From an uncultured Clostridia bacterium (GTDB lineage: Bacteria; Bacillota; Clostridia; Christensenellales; Borkfalkiaceae), in NCBI GenBank assembly GCA_947626685.1, contig CANQTD010000001.1, positions 34,393 to 98,392 on the forward strand: a DNA stretch of 64,000 bases, in the 5' to 3' direction. The notes under the pieces are model-generated. The model made no database searches, had not been told where the DNA came from, and worked only from the letters and a program-made list of their open reading frames with translations. The translations under genes were made by a program, and so were the position numbers. This document shows positions 54,791 to 64,000 of this stretch, piece by piece. The stretch's first letter is position 1. Every line of letters begins with the position of its first letter.

Positions 54791-55599
54791 ACAAACAACT
54801 GCTTATCAAGTGTCTCAAAGCGTTCTTTGTCGGGCTCGTATTGCTCGTGCTCTATACGCCCATTCTGTTGCTCGCGATCTACAGCTTCGACAAGACGAAC
54901 ATGATCGGCCGCTTCGAGGGCTTCTCCCTCACCCACTACGCCGCGCTCTTCGGCAACTCCAAAGTGCTCGGCATGATCGGGAACACCTTCCTGCTCGCCT
55001 TCCTCGCCGCCATCCTCTCGACGGTCTTGGGCACGGTCGGCGCGCTCGGCATGTTCTATACGAAAAAGCGGGTGAAAATGCTCATCCACGGCGCGTCGCA
55101 GATCCCCGTCATCAATGCGGAGATCGTCACGGCGCTCTCGCTCACCGTTACCTTTGTCGCGATCGGGCTGCACCGCTCCTACTTCACCCTGCTCATCGGA
55201 CATATGGTCATCTGTACACCCTTCGTCGTGCTCTCCGTGATGCCCAAGCTCAAACAGATGGACAACTCGCTCTATGAGGCGGCGCTCGACTTAGGCGCTT
55301 CCCCTTTCAAGGCGCTGTGGAAGGTGGTGCTCCCGCAGATCGTCCCGGGCGTCATCTCGGGGTTCATGCTCGCCGTGACCCTCTCGCTCGACGACTACAT
55401 CGTCACGATGTACACCCGTCCCTCGGGCTTTGAGACCATCTCGACCTATGTCTACAACGCGACGACGAAGGGCAACGCGCACACGGCCGTCACGCTCGCG
55501 TCGCTTTGGGCGCTCACGACCATCATCTTCGTCATCATCGTGCTCTTCGTCGTCATCTCCAATCTCTCCGGGCTCAGGAAAAAGGAGGCAAAGAGATGA
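54787..55599 (+). CDS. potC: spermidine/putrescine ABC transporter permease
   Basis: The GTG start overlaps the potB stop. The EAA loop is YEAALDLGASPFKALWKVVLP. Confidence 0.9.
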   Translation: MNKQLLIKCLKAFFVGLVLLVLYTPILLLAIYSFDKTNMIGRFEGFSLTHYAALFGNSKVLGMIGNTFLLAFLAAILSTVLGTVGALGMFYTKKRVKMLIHGASQIPVINAEIVTALSLTVTFVAIGLHRSYFTLLIGHMVICTPFVVLSVMPKLKQMDNSLYEAALDLGASPFKALWKVVLPQIVPGVISGFMLAVTLSLDDYIVTMYTRPSGFETISTYVYNATTKGNAHTAVTLASLWALTTIIFVIIVLFVVISNLSGLRKKEAKR

Positions 55600-57398
55600 A
55601 GAAAAAGAAATTGCTGAGCGTCGCGCTCGCATCGGCCTTTCTGCTCCCCTCCCTCGCTTCCCTCGGCGGCTGTGGAAGCTCGGATACCATCGTCCTGCGC
55701 GTCTACAACTGGGAGGAGTACATCGATGAGGGCGGAAAAGGCACCTTCATCTATGACGAGCTGCATGAACTCAACGACGAGGGAGACCCCGTCACGGACA
55801 AAAACGGCCACGTCCATATCGAGTCCGACATTGTGAACGACGATTACAAGGCTTGGTACCAAGAGACCACGGGGCAAAAGCTCAGCGAGGAAGGCCCCCG
55901 CCTGCTCGATGATTTCTGCCTCTGGTACGAACGCACCTACGGACAGAAGATCCGCGTGGAGTATTCCACCTTCGGCACCAACGAGGACATGTACAATGAG
56001 ATCATCCTCGGCAACGAATACGACCTTCTGTGCCCCTCCGATTACATGATCATGAAGCTCGCCGCAGAGGGATGGCTTGAAAAGTACGACGACGGTTGCG
56101 ACGAAAACGGAGTCCCCGACGGAAGCTATAACTTCTTTGACCCCGAAGTTCCCGAAAACTACTATGTGCGGAACGTCTCCCCCTTCATTGCCGATAAATT
56201 CGAGAACAATGCCGGGCTTGCTATCCGCAAAGATGACAACGGCGAGGAGATCTATTGGAAAGATTACGCCGCAGGTTACATGTGGGGCACGACGGGGTTT
56301 GTGTACAATCCCGTTGCCATGAACGGAACTCTCGAAGCGTTCCTCGAGGAATGCGATTGGGGGATCTTCACGAACGAGAAGGTCGCGGGGCGCATCACCG
56401 CAAAAGACAACGTGCGCGATACCTACTTTGCCGCGCTCGGCGTGACCTATCAGGAGGAGGCGCACAACCAAGCCCAATCGCTTGCCGCGCTCAAAGCGCA
56501 ATTCGACGCGGGAACGCTCAGTCCCGCCGATTACACCGAGGGCATCACGCGCATCTTCAATGCCACCGATGATGAGACCATCTCCATCGTCGAACCCTGC
56601 CTCATGGATATCAAGAAGAACATTTTCAGCTTTGAGACAGACACGGGCAAGGCGGACATGGTGGCGGGCAAGATCTGGCTCAACTATGCTTGGAGCGGCG
56701 ACGCGGTGTATGCCATCGACCTCGCCGAGAGCGGCGTGGATGAGGACGGCAAAGCGAGCGCAACGGCACGTCTCAACTACTATGTCCCCAAGACGGGCAC
56801 CAACCTCTTCTTCGACGGCTGGGTGATGCCGAAGGGCGCGAACAAGCAGGCGGCACAGGCGTTCGTCAACTTCCTCTCCATGCCCCAAAACGCCATGCGC
56901 AACAGCTATTATATCGGCTATACCTCCGTCATTGCGGGCGAAAACCAAGAGATGCGCGACTATGCCGACTATCTCTACGGCTATGAGTTCGACCCCGAAG
57001 AGGAGGAAGAGCCCGCGGAGACGGTGGAATACGATCTCACCTACTTCTTCCGCGGAGAAAACTACACGGGAGACAAACGCGTCGAGATCACCGCGGAGAA
57101 AGAGAACGCGACGAAGCGGCAGCTCTATGCGCAGTTCCCTCCCGAAGAGGTCATCGCGCGGTGCGCCGTCATGGATTACTACGACCGGGAGGCGAGCGAA
57201 CGCATCAACGAGCTTTGGTCGCGCGTGAAAGCGGAGACGCTCGACGCATGGGCGATCGTCGTGATCTCCGTCACCGTCCTTGCGATCGCCGCGTTCATCG
57301 TGTTCGTCAAGTTCGGCGGGGAGATCGACTTCTTCCGCGCAAGGCCCAAGAAAGGCTTCCGTCTCGTGAAGCAGGAGGACTACAAGCAGATCAAATAA
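55596..57398 (+). CDS. potD: polyamine-type ABC substrate-binding lipoprotein, unusually long (600 aa) with a C-terminal TM segment
   Basis: Internal ATG overlapping the potC stop. A signal peptide with lipobox is present (LLPSLASLGGC). PotD-like segments include VYNWEEYI and DLLCPSDYM. The C-terminal hydrophobic stretch is AIVVISVTVLAIAAFIVFV. Confidence 0.8.
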   Translation: MKKKKLLSVALASAFLLPSLASLGGCGSSDTIVLRVYNWEEYIDEGGKGTFIYDELHELNDEGDPVTDKNGHVHIESDIVNDDYKAWYQETTGQKLSEEGPRLLDDFCLWYERTYGQKIRVEYSTFGTNEDMYNEIILGNEYDLLCPSDYMIMKLAAEGWLEKYDDGCDENGVPDGSYNFFDPEVPENYYVRNVSPFIADKFENNAGLAIRKDDNGEEIYWKDYAAGYMWGTTGFVYNPVAMNGTLEAFLEECDWGIFTNEKVAGRITAKDNVRDTYFAALGVTYQEEAHNQAQSLAALKAQFDAGTLSPADYTEGITRIFNATDDETISIVEPCLMDIKKNIFSFETDTGKADMVAGKIWLNYAWSGDAVYAIDLAESGVDEDGKASATARLNYYVPKTGTNLFFDGWVMPKGANKQAAQAFVNFLSMPQNAMRNSYYIGYTSVIAGENQEMRDYADYLYGYEFDPEEEEEPAETVEYDLTYFFRGENYTGDKRVEITAEKENATKRQLYAQFPPEEVIARCAVMDYYDREASERINELWSRVKAETLDAWAIVVISVTVLAIAAFIVFVKFGGEIDFFRARPKKGFRLVKQEDYKQIK

Positions 57399-57411
57399 CT
57401 GCTCGATAACG

Positions 57412-57442
57412 GAAAAACGCCGTCTCTGTGACGGCGTTTTTC
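57412..57442. terminator. bidirectional terminator between potD and the convergent PLP-enzyme gene
   Basis: The sequence is AAAAACGCCGTCtctgtGACGGCGTTTTT. Confidence 0.85.
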
Positions 57443-57455
57443 CGTATGCTCCCCG

Positions 57456-58679
57456 CTATCCGAGCAGGCGGCTCAAGATCTCCCTGCATGCGAGAACGCA
57501 GTGTTCGTAGGTAAGGCCGCCCTGAAAATAGGCGGTGTATGGCTCGCGCATGGGCGCGTCGGCGGAGAGTTCGATGCTCGCGCCCGCATTGAACGTGCCC
57601 GCGGCCATGATCACGCGGCAGTCGTAGCCCGGCATGTCCCACGGCTCGAGGGTGACGAAACTGTCGACGGGAGAGACGTCCTGCACTGATTGGATGAAGG
57701 CGACGAGCTCCCCTTCCGTGCAGAAACGGATGGCGCGGGTAATGTCGGAGAGCGGCGCATCGAGGGCGGGGAAATTCTCATAGCCGAGATCTTCCATGCA
57801 CTTGCCGATGAGAAGGCTCCCCTTGAGAGCCTGCGCGACCACATGCGGCGCGAGGAAAAATCCCTGATAGTAGAGCTGATAGCCGTAGGCGTACGACCCG
57901 ATCTCTCCTCCCACGCCGGGAGCGGTGAGACGGTTCTCGCACTGCGCGACAAGGTCCGCCCTGCCTGCGATATACCCGCCCGTCGGGGCAAGCCCGCCCC
58001 CGGGATTTTTGATGAGGCTGCCCGCAATGAGATCTGCGCCGGCCTCCGTCGGTTCGCGCGTCTCGACAAATTCGCCGTAACAGTTATCCACGAAGATACA
58101 GCCCTCAAACCCCTGCGCGCGCAGAAAACCGCACATTTCGCCGATCTCTGCGACCGTAAACGCGTCGCGGAGCTCATAGCCGCGCGACCGCTGGATATAG
58201 ACAAGGCGGTACTTTGTCTCGCATAGTACTTTCTTTGCCGCTGATATATCCACTTTCCCGTCCGCTTTCAGGGGCAGGATGTCGGCAGAGACGCCGAAGT
58301 CTTTGAGCGAGCCGTTCCCCTCTCCCCATATCACGCCGCGGATGGTGTCGTAGGGCGTTCCCGTGAGGAAGAGGACCCTGTCGCCCGGACGAAGTATGCC
58401 GAAGAGGGCGACCGTGAGCGCGTGCGTCCCCGAGAGCAGCGCGGGGGAAACGATCGCGCGCTCCGCTCCGAATGCGCGCGCATACATTCTTCCGAGCGCG
58501 TCTCTCCCCTCGTCTCCGTAGCCGTAGCCCGTGGAAGGGAGAAAATGGCGGAGCGCGATCTTCTCTTCCCGAAAGGCGGAGAGCACCTTCTCCTGATTGT
58601 AGAGCGCGACCTTTTCGATCTGCGCAAACCGCGTTTTGAGCGATTCTTCCGCCTGAGCGATCCTATCTTCTGCCGTCAT
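57456..58679 (-). CDS. methionine gamma-lyase-family PLP protein (YnbB / aluminium-resistance type)
   Basis: The N-terminus FREEKIALRHFLPSTGYGYGDEGRDAL is characteristic of the family. Its position after miaA matches B. subtilis ynbB. Confidence 0.8.
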   Translation of the reverse strand: MTAEDRIAQAEESLKTRFAQIEKVALYNQEKVLSAFREEKIALRHFLPSTGYGYGDEGRDALGRMYARAFGAERAIVSPALLSGTHALTVALFGILRPGDRVLFLTGTPYDTIRGVIWGEGNGSLKDFGVSADILPLKADGKVDISAAKKVLCETKYRLVYIQRSRGYELRDAFTVAEIGEMCGFLRAQGFEGCIFVDNCYGEFVETREPTEAGADLIAGSLIKNPGGGLAPTGGYIAGRADLVAQCENRLTAPGVGGEIGSYAYGYQLYYQGFFLAPHVVAQALKGSLLIGKCMEDLGYENFPALDAPLSDITRAIRFCTEGELVAFIQSVQDVSPVDSFVTLEPWDMPGYDCRVIMAAGTFNAGASIELSADAPMREPYTAYFQGGLTYEHCVLACREILSRLLG

Positions 58680-59577
58680 AGATGGCCATGACCTCCTCCG
58701 CCGCTTCCTCTGCGCCTTTCGGCGCGATCTTGTGCAAGTTGGGCGTTTTTTTGAAAAATGTAAGCTGACGTTTGGCGTAATTGCGCGTGTTCTTCTGTAT
58801 TATGTCTGACAAAGTACTTTCTTCCGTGCCGTTTTTTAGAAATTCGACGACCTCTTTGTAGCCGATCCCCTGCATGCTCTGCGCATTCTCGGGAACGCCC
58901 GCCGCAAGCAGAGCGCGCACTTCCTCTATGAGCCCCGCCCGCAGCATCTCTCCGGTGCGGCGGTCTATCCGCGCATACAGTTCGCTCCGCGGGAAATCGA
59001 ACATGAACGCCTCGAAGGGGTAGCGCGGCAGGTCGCCGTCCGTCTGCGCCGATTTTTTCTTCCCCGTCTGTTCGAAGATCTCAAGGGCGCGGATCACCCG
59101 CTTCACGTCGTTTTTGTGCAGTTTTTCCGCGCTCTCGGGGTCCACCGCGGCAAGCCGCGCGTGCAGCGCCTCCCTTCCCTCTTCTCGGGCGACCGCCTCA
59201 TACCTTGCGCGGATCTCTTCGGAGGCGGGAGCGGAGCCGAAGGCATGCGGGAAGAGCACCGCGTTCATGTAGAACCCCGTCCCCCCGCACAGAACGGGCG
59301 TCTTTCCGCGGGCAAGGATGTCCTCAACGGCGGCGAGCGCGAGCTTTTCGTAGTCGCTCACGGAAAAACTTTCGCGCGGGTCCGCGACGTCGATGAGATG
59401 GTGGACGATCCCCTGCCTCTCCTCCGCCGTCGGCTTTGCCGTGCCGATATTCAGCCCGCGATAGACGAGAAAGGCGTCTGCGGAGACGATCTCGCCGTCC
59501 GCTCTTTTGGCGCATTCCACGGCGAGCGTGCTCTTTCCCGAGGCGGTCGGGCCGCATATCACGAGCAGCTTTCTCAT
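58663..59577 (-). CDS. miaA: tRNA dimethylallyltransferase
   Basis: Internal ATG (MRKLLVICGPTASGKST), with ATGA overlapping the mutL stop. It has LNIGTAKPT and TRNYAKRQLTFF. Confidence 0.92.
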   Translation of the reverse strand: MRKLLVICGPTASGKSTLAVECAKRADGEIVSADAFLVYRGLNIGTAKPTAEERQGIVHHLIDVADPRESFSVSDYEKLALAAVEDILARGKTPVLCGGTGFYMNAVLFPHAFGSAPASEEIRARYEAVAREEGREALHARLAAVDPESAEKLHKNDVKRVIRALEIFEQTGKKKSAQTDGDLPRYPFEAFMFDFPRSELYARIDRRTGEMLRAGLIEEVRALLAAGVPENAQSMQGIGYKEVVEFLKNGTEESTLSDIIQKNTRNYAKRQLTFFKKTPNLHKIAPKGAEEAAEEVMAIYDGRR

Positions 59578-61442
59578 ACGATGCGCTTGAAGAGCTTCTC
59601 GATCTCGCTCTTTTTGATGAGGACGGCGACGGGACGGCCGTGCGGGCATTTGAGGCCCATGTCTCCGTCCATGCGTTCGAGAAGGGAACGCACTTCCGCG
59701 TCCGTCAGCTTCTCTCCGCCCTTGACCGCAGCCTTGCATGCGGCGGAGGCCAATTTATCTTTGAGAAGCTCCGCGAGCTTGATCGCGCGCAGGCTCTCGT
59801 AATTGGAGAGCACTTCCCCGAAAAACGCGCCGAGGTCGAGATCGGTGAGGTCGGACGGCACGGACGAAACTTTGACCGAGCCCTGCCCGAATTCCCCGAT
59901 CTCAAACCCGATCTCCCTCAAAACGCCGAAATTTTTCTCCAAAAACGCAAATTCCTGCGCGTTCAGATTGAGCACATAGGGCGTCAGCATGGGCTGGGAG
60001 ACGACCGTGCGGTTCTCCATGTTCGCGCGGAGCCTGTCGTAGATGAGTCGCTCATGCGCGGCGTGCTGGTCGATGACGTACGCCTCCTCCCCCCGTTCGT
60101 AGATTAGATAGGTGCGGAAGAGCTCGCCCTTAAATTCGAGGGTCGCGGGATCCACCCGCCTCTGCTTTTTCTCCCGTTCGAGAAGAAATTTCCTATTCTC
60201 CTCGAAAGCGTCCTCTTTCGCCTCTTCCTGCGCGCGTTCGGGGGAGGGCGCATGCACGCCCATCGCCGCGGGCGACTCTGTAAAAGAGCGGCGCGGGAGA
60301 TTGACTTTGCCCGCGAGGGGCGGGATCTCAAATTCGAGCTCCTTCTTCGCCTGTTCGAACGTCATTGCGGGCGCTGCGGTGGGTGCGGAGGGCGCGGACG
60401 GGACCGCACGGCTCTCTTCCGCGGGACGCTTCGGCGCCGAGGCAAGGTATTCGAGCGCGCGGGAATTTCCGTCGAGGACGGAGGAGACCACCGAGTACAC
60501 GCTCCCGTAGATCACCTGATTGTCCGCAAATCGGACGTCCGCCTTGTTCGGATGGACGTTGACGTCTACGATCTCGGGCGGGACGTCGAGAAAGAGCACA
60601 TAGAAGGGATACTGCCTCTTCATGAGGTAGCTCGCGTACGCATTGGAGAGCGCGGCGGAGACGGTCTGGTTGACGACATACCGTCCGTTGACGAACAGGC
60701 TCTGATACGTTCTGTTCGGCTTCGCGAAATTTTGGTTCCCGATGAATCCTCTGAGGCGGATCCCGTGCTTTTCGGCGTCGATCTCATAGAGGTTGTCGAG
60801 CGTGCCCGCGCCGTAGACGACCGCGAGCGCGGCGGCGAGCCCATCTCCGTACGAACGGTAACGGACTTTGCCGTTTGCGGTATAGGTAAAGGCGATCTCG
60901 GGGCGGGAGAGCAGAAAGCGCGCCATCATATTGGTGACGTCGCCCTCTTCCGCACCGTCCGATTTGAGGAATTTCAGGCGCGCGGGCGTGTTGAAGAAGA
61001 GGTCGGAGACGGTGACCTGCGTCCCGTTCCCGCCCGCCGACGGCAGGACGTTCCCGAGCGTTCCCCCCTCCGAAGCGAGCGACCACGCCTCCCCGTCCGC
61101 CGTCTTGGAGACGATCTTCATGCGGGAGACGGCCGCGATCGAGGCAAGGGCCTCGCCGCGGAAACCGAGCGTGGAGACGCCGAAGAGATCGCCCGCATCG
61201 GAGATCTTGCTCGTCGCATGCGGCGCATACGCGCGGACAAGATCGTCTTTTTCGATGCCGCCGCCGTTGTCGGTGACGCGGATGAGCGTCTTTCCGCCGC
61301 CCTCGATCTCCACCGTGATCTCGCCCGCCCCCGCGTCGATCGCGTTTTCCACGAGCTCCTTCACGACGGAATAGGGACGGTCGACCACCTCCCCCGCCGC
61401 GATCTTGTTATAGACGTCCGCAGACAGTACGTTGATCTTCAC
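59574..61442 (-). CDS. mutL: DNA mismatch repair protein MutL
   Basis: The GTG start (VKINVLSADVYNKIAAGEVV) lies 8 nt after GGAG and overlaps the mutS stop as GTGA. It has the GHKL motifs ELVENAIDAG and DNGGGI. Confidence 0.9.
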   Translation of the reverse strand: MKINVLSADVYNKIAAGEVVDRPYSVVKELVENAIDAGAGEITVEIEGGGKTLIRVTDNGGGIEKDDLVRAYAPHATSKISDAGDLFGVSTLGFRGEALASIAAVSRMKIVSKTADGEAWSLASEGGTLGNVLPSAGGNGTQVTVSDLFFNTPARLKFLKSDGAEEGDVTNMMARFLLSRPEIAFTYTANGKVRYRSYGDGLAAALAVVYGAGTLDNLYEIDAEKHGIRLRGFIGNQNFAKPNRTYQSLFVNGRYVVNQTVSAALSNAYASYLMKRQYPFYVLFLDVPPEIVDVNVHPNKADVRFADNQVIYGSVYSVVSSVLDGNSRALEYLASAPKRPAEESRAVPSAPSAPTAAPAMTFEQAKKELEFEIPPLAGKVNLPRRSFTESPAAMGVHAPSPERAQEEAKEDAFEENRKFLLEREKKQRRVDPATLEFKGELFRTYLIYERGEEAYVIDQHAAHERLIYDRLRANMENRTVVSQPMLTPYVLNLNAQEFAFLEKNFGVLREIGFEIGEFGQGSVKVSSVPSDLTDLDLGAFFGEVLSNYESLRAIKLAELLKDKLASAACKAAVKGGEKLTDAEVRSLLERMDGDMGLKCPHGRPVAVLIKKSEIEKLFKRIV

Positions 61443-63988
61443 TTTAATTTCTCCTTCCATTCGGATATGAGCGCGAGCGCCTGCAAGGGCGTGAGGACGT
61501 TGACGTCGAGAGAGGCGAGCTCCTCTTTGATATCGAGCGATCTCTCGTCCTCTTCGGGCTCCTCCTGCGGCGCGGGACGGATCCCCCTTCTCCTTTCGAG
61601 CTCTTTCAGAATGCTCTTCGCGCGGTCTGTGACCTCTGCGGGAACGCCGGCGAGCGAGGCGACCTCCACGCCGAAGGAGCGGGACGCGCCGCCACGCACG
61701 ATCTTTCTGAGAAAGACGACGGAGCCGCCGATCTCCCGCACGCTGACCTTGTAATTCTTGATGCCGTCGAGCTTGCCCTCGAGTTCGGTGAGCTCGTGGT
61801 AATGCGTCGCGAACAGCGTTTTTGCGCGCACCTTCTCGGTGAGCTGTTCGATGACCGCCCATGCGATGGAGAGGCCGTCGAACGTGCTCGTTCCCCTTCC
61901 GACCTCGTCGAGAATGAGCAAACTGCGCTCGGTCGCGTTGCGCAGAATGTTCGCGACTTCCGTCATCTCCACCATGAAAGTACTGCGGTCGAGGATGAGA
62001 TTGTCGCTCGCGCCGATACGGGTGAAGATGCGGTCGCAGAGCGGGATCTCGGCGCGCTTTGCGGGGACGAACGAGCCGATATGCGCCAGAAAGACGATGA
62101 GCGCGGTCTGCCGCAGATACGTCGATTTGCCCGCCATGTTCGGGCCCGTGATCACCATCGTGCGGTTTTCACCGCCGTCGAGCCTGCAATCGTTGGGAAC
62201 GAACCGCTCTTTGGAGATCTTTTCGACGACGGGGTGCCTCCCCTCTTCGATGACGAGATCGCCCTCCTCTTTCACGACGGGGCGGGCATACCTGTTTTCC
62301 TTCGCGACGGCCGCGAGGGAGACGAGACAGTCGAGATAGGCGACGCTCGACGCGATCTGCTTCAACACGGGGATATTCTTCGCGAGGATCCCGAGGAGTT
62401 CTCCGTAGAGGTGTTCCTGAAGGCGTTGCGCCTCTTCGTCGCTGCCGAGGATCTTGCTTTCCAGCTCCTTGAGCTCCTCGTTGATGTACCTCTCCCCGTT
62501 CGCGAGCGTCTGCTTGCGGGTATAGGTGTAGGGAACGCGGTCCTTGAAGGAATTGGAGACCTCGATATAGTAGCCGAATACGCGGTTATAGCCCACTTTG
62601 AGCGTGCGGATCCCCGTGCTTTCCCGTTCGCGCGCTTCGAGACGGGCGAGCAGTTCCTTGCTGTGCTCGCGGACGCCGCGCAGATCGTCGAGCCTTTCGT
62701 TATAGCCTTCCCTGATATAGTTGCCCTCTTTGAGCGTGGTGGCGCGGGGGTCGATCGCGCTGTCGAGAAGGGCGCAGATCTCCTTCGTGTCGGCGAGCCC
62801 CGCCGCAATCTTGCAGAGAAGCGCGGAGGAAAAGCCAGTGAGCCTGAATTTGAGATTGGGCACGACGGAGAGGGACGCCGAGAGCGTGAGGCAGTCGCCC
62901 GGCTGGAGATTGCCGTTGGAGATCCTGCCCGTCAGCCGTTCGATGTCCTTGATGCCGCCGAGCATGTCGCTGAGCCCCATGCGGACGACGCTTGCCTTAT
63001 AGAGTTCCTCCACCGCGTCGAGGCGTTGCCCGATCTCGCCCACGTCGGCGAGCGGAGCCGTGAGCATGGTCGTCAGCTTGCGGGCTCCCATGCCCGTCTT
63101 GGTTTGGTCGAGCAGCCAGAGAAGCGAACCGTACTTCTTCCCCTCCGCGCTGTTGCGGAGGATCTCGAGATTGCGCACGGCCGCGGGATCCAGCTTCATG
63201 GACGACGAGCCGTCCGAGTAGTGCAAAGCGTTGATATTTTTGAGCGCGTGCTTCTGCGATTCGTTGAGAAATTCGATGAGCGCGCCCGCGGCGCAGACGG
63301 CAGTCGGATCCTTTTCGATGCCGAGCGCTTCCATAGAGGAGACGGAGAATTGTTCGCGGAGATTCTTTTCCGCCGCCTCCCGCTTGAAGGGCCACGGCAG
63401 ATAGCAGGAGAACGCGGGCAGCGTCCCCCTTTCGATCTCCGCTCTCCCCTGCACGTCAAAGAGCAGTTCCTCGTTGCAGATGATCTCGGAGACGGAGAGA
63501 TTGCACAGATCGGCGATGAGCTTGTCCGCGCCGTCCTCGGGGCAGACGGAAAATTCCCCCGTCGTAATGTCCGTCCATGCGAGCGCGTAGCGGCCGTCGA
63601 TCTTACAGGCGCAGGCGATGAAGTTGCTCTTCTTTTCGTCGAGCCCTTCGATCACCGTCCCCGCCGAGACGACGCGGATGACGTCGCGCTCCACCATTCC
63701 CTTCGACGCCTTCGGGTCGGTGAGTTGTTCGCAGATGGCGACCCGCAGCCCGTTTTCCACGAGCTTTTGGATGTAGGCGTCCGCGGCATGGTAGGGCACG
63801 CCGCACATCGGCGCCCGCTCTTTGAGCCCGCAGTCCCGCCCCGTGAGCGTGAGGTCGAGGATCCCGCTCGCCTTGACCGCGTCCTCGAAAAACATTTCAT
63901 AGAAGTCGCCGAGGCGGTAGAATACGATACAGTCGGGATACTGTTCTTTGATTTTTTGCCAATGTTCCATCATGGGGGAAAGTCCCAT
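61439..63988 (-). CDS. mutS: DNA mismatch repair protein MutS
   Basis: It has SPMMEHWQKIK...FYRLGDFYEMF, Walker A GPNMAGKSTYLRQ, and DEVGRGTSTFDG. The RBS is GAGGAAAACAGA. Confidence 0.96.
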   Translation of the reverse strand: MGLSPMMEHWQKIKEQYPDCIVFYRLGDFYEMFFEDAVKASGILDLTLTGRDCGLKERAPMCGVPYHAADAYIQKLVENGLRVAICEQLTDPKASKGMVERDVIRVVSAGTVIEGLDEKKSNFIACACKIDGRYALAWTDITTGEFSVCPEDGADKLIADLCNLSVSEIICNEELLFDVQGRAEIERGTLPAFSCYLPWPFKREAAEKNLREQFSVSSMEALGIEKDPTAVCAAGALIEFLNESQKHALKNINALHYSDGSSSMKLDPAAVRNLEILRNSAEGKKYGSLLWLLDQTKTGMGARKLTTMLTAPLADVGEIGQRLDAVEELYKASVVRMGLSDMLGGIKDIERLTGRISNGNLQPGDCLTLSASLSVVPNLKFRLTGFSSALLCKIAAGLADTKEICALLDSAIDPRATTLKEGNYIREGYNERLDDLRGVREHSKELLARLEARERESTGIRTLKVGYNRVFGYYIEVSNSFKDRVPYTYTRKQTLANGERYINEELKELESKILGSDEEAQRLQEHLYGELLGILAKNIPVLKQIASSVAYLDCLVSLAAVAKENRYARPVVKEEGDLVIEEGRHPVVEKISKERFVPNDCRLDGGENRTMVITGPNMAGKSTYLRQTALIVFLAHIGSFVPAKRAEIPLCDRIFTRIGASDNLILDRSTFMVEMTEVANILRNATERSLLILDEVGRGTSTFDGLSIAWAVIEQLTEKVRAKTLFATHYHELTELEGKLDGIKNYKVSVREIGGSVVFLRKIVRGGASRSFGVEVASLAGVPAEVTDRAKSILKELERRRGIRPAPQEEPEEDERSLDIKEELASLDVNVLTPLQALALISEWKEKLK

Positions 63989-64000
63989 TCTGTTTTCCTC

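Overview
This window looks like an ordinary, densely packed chromosomal core segment of a high-GC Firmicutes/Clostridia-type genome. That placement rests on gene content (spoVG, glgD, an IspH-S1 fusion, a Gram-positive-style dcw cluster) and cannot be refined from sequence alone. Nearly all genes are on the minus strand.

Left to right:
- The start of a tyrosine recombinase gene, then a small XRE regulator.
- A B. subtilis-type glycogen operon (glgB-C-D-A-P) followed by an extra GH13 amylase.
- murC, spoVG, a cold-shock protein and htpG.
- A cmk-plsC-ispH/rpsA block, in which cmk carries an N-terminal AroH chorismate mutase.
- A HI0933-type flavoprotein and a five-gene biotin-dependent Na+-decarboxylase/transcarboxylase-like cluster.
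- A TVP38/DedA membrane protein, rnhA, tRNA-Trp, purB, ppiB, an ASCH protein and dCMP deaminase.
- groES-groEL.
- A four-gene wall-glycopolymer module (GT4, LicD, TarI/IspD-like, SDR) directly downstream of ftsZ.
- The dcw cluster (mraZ-rsmH-ftsL-pbp-murE-mraY-murD-ftsW-murA-ftsQ-ftsA-ftsZ).
- murI, rpsT, an HTH-cupin regulator with potABCD, a ynbB-like PLP enzyme, miaA, mutL and mutS.

I see no CRISPR array, prophage body, toxin-antitoxin pair or recognisable defence island, and I cannot honestly point to a clearly novel multi-gene system.

The observations most worth a second look are small-scale:
- A 32-bp palindromic operator-like motif occurs at the same spacing upstream of both the XRE gene and the GH13 amylase gene.
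- A family of AT-rich palindromes (ATTATGTCTGACATAATAC-like) sits just after stop codons.
- The groEL 3' end plus its terminator is duplicated.
- The decarboxylase cluster carries two different carboxyltransferases.
- AroH is fused to Cmk.
- A lower-GC LicD/GT4 module is appended to ftsZ.
- A consensus LexA (Cheo) box lies upstream of the mraZ promoter.
- PotA and PotD are oversized.

All functional calls come from motif and family recognition by eye in the supplied translations. No database search was run.
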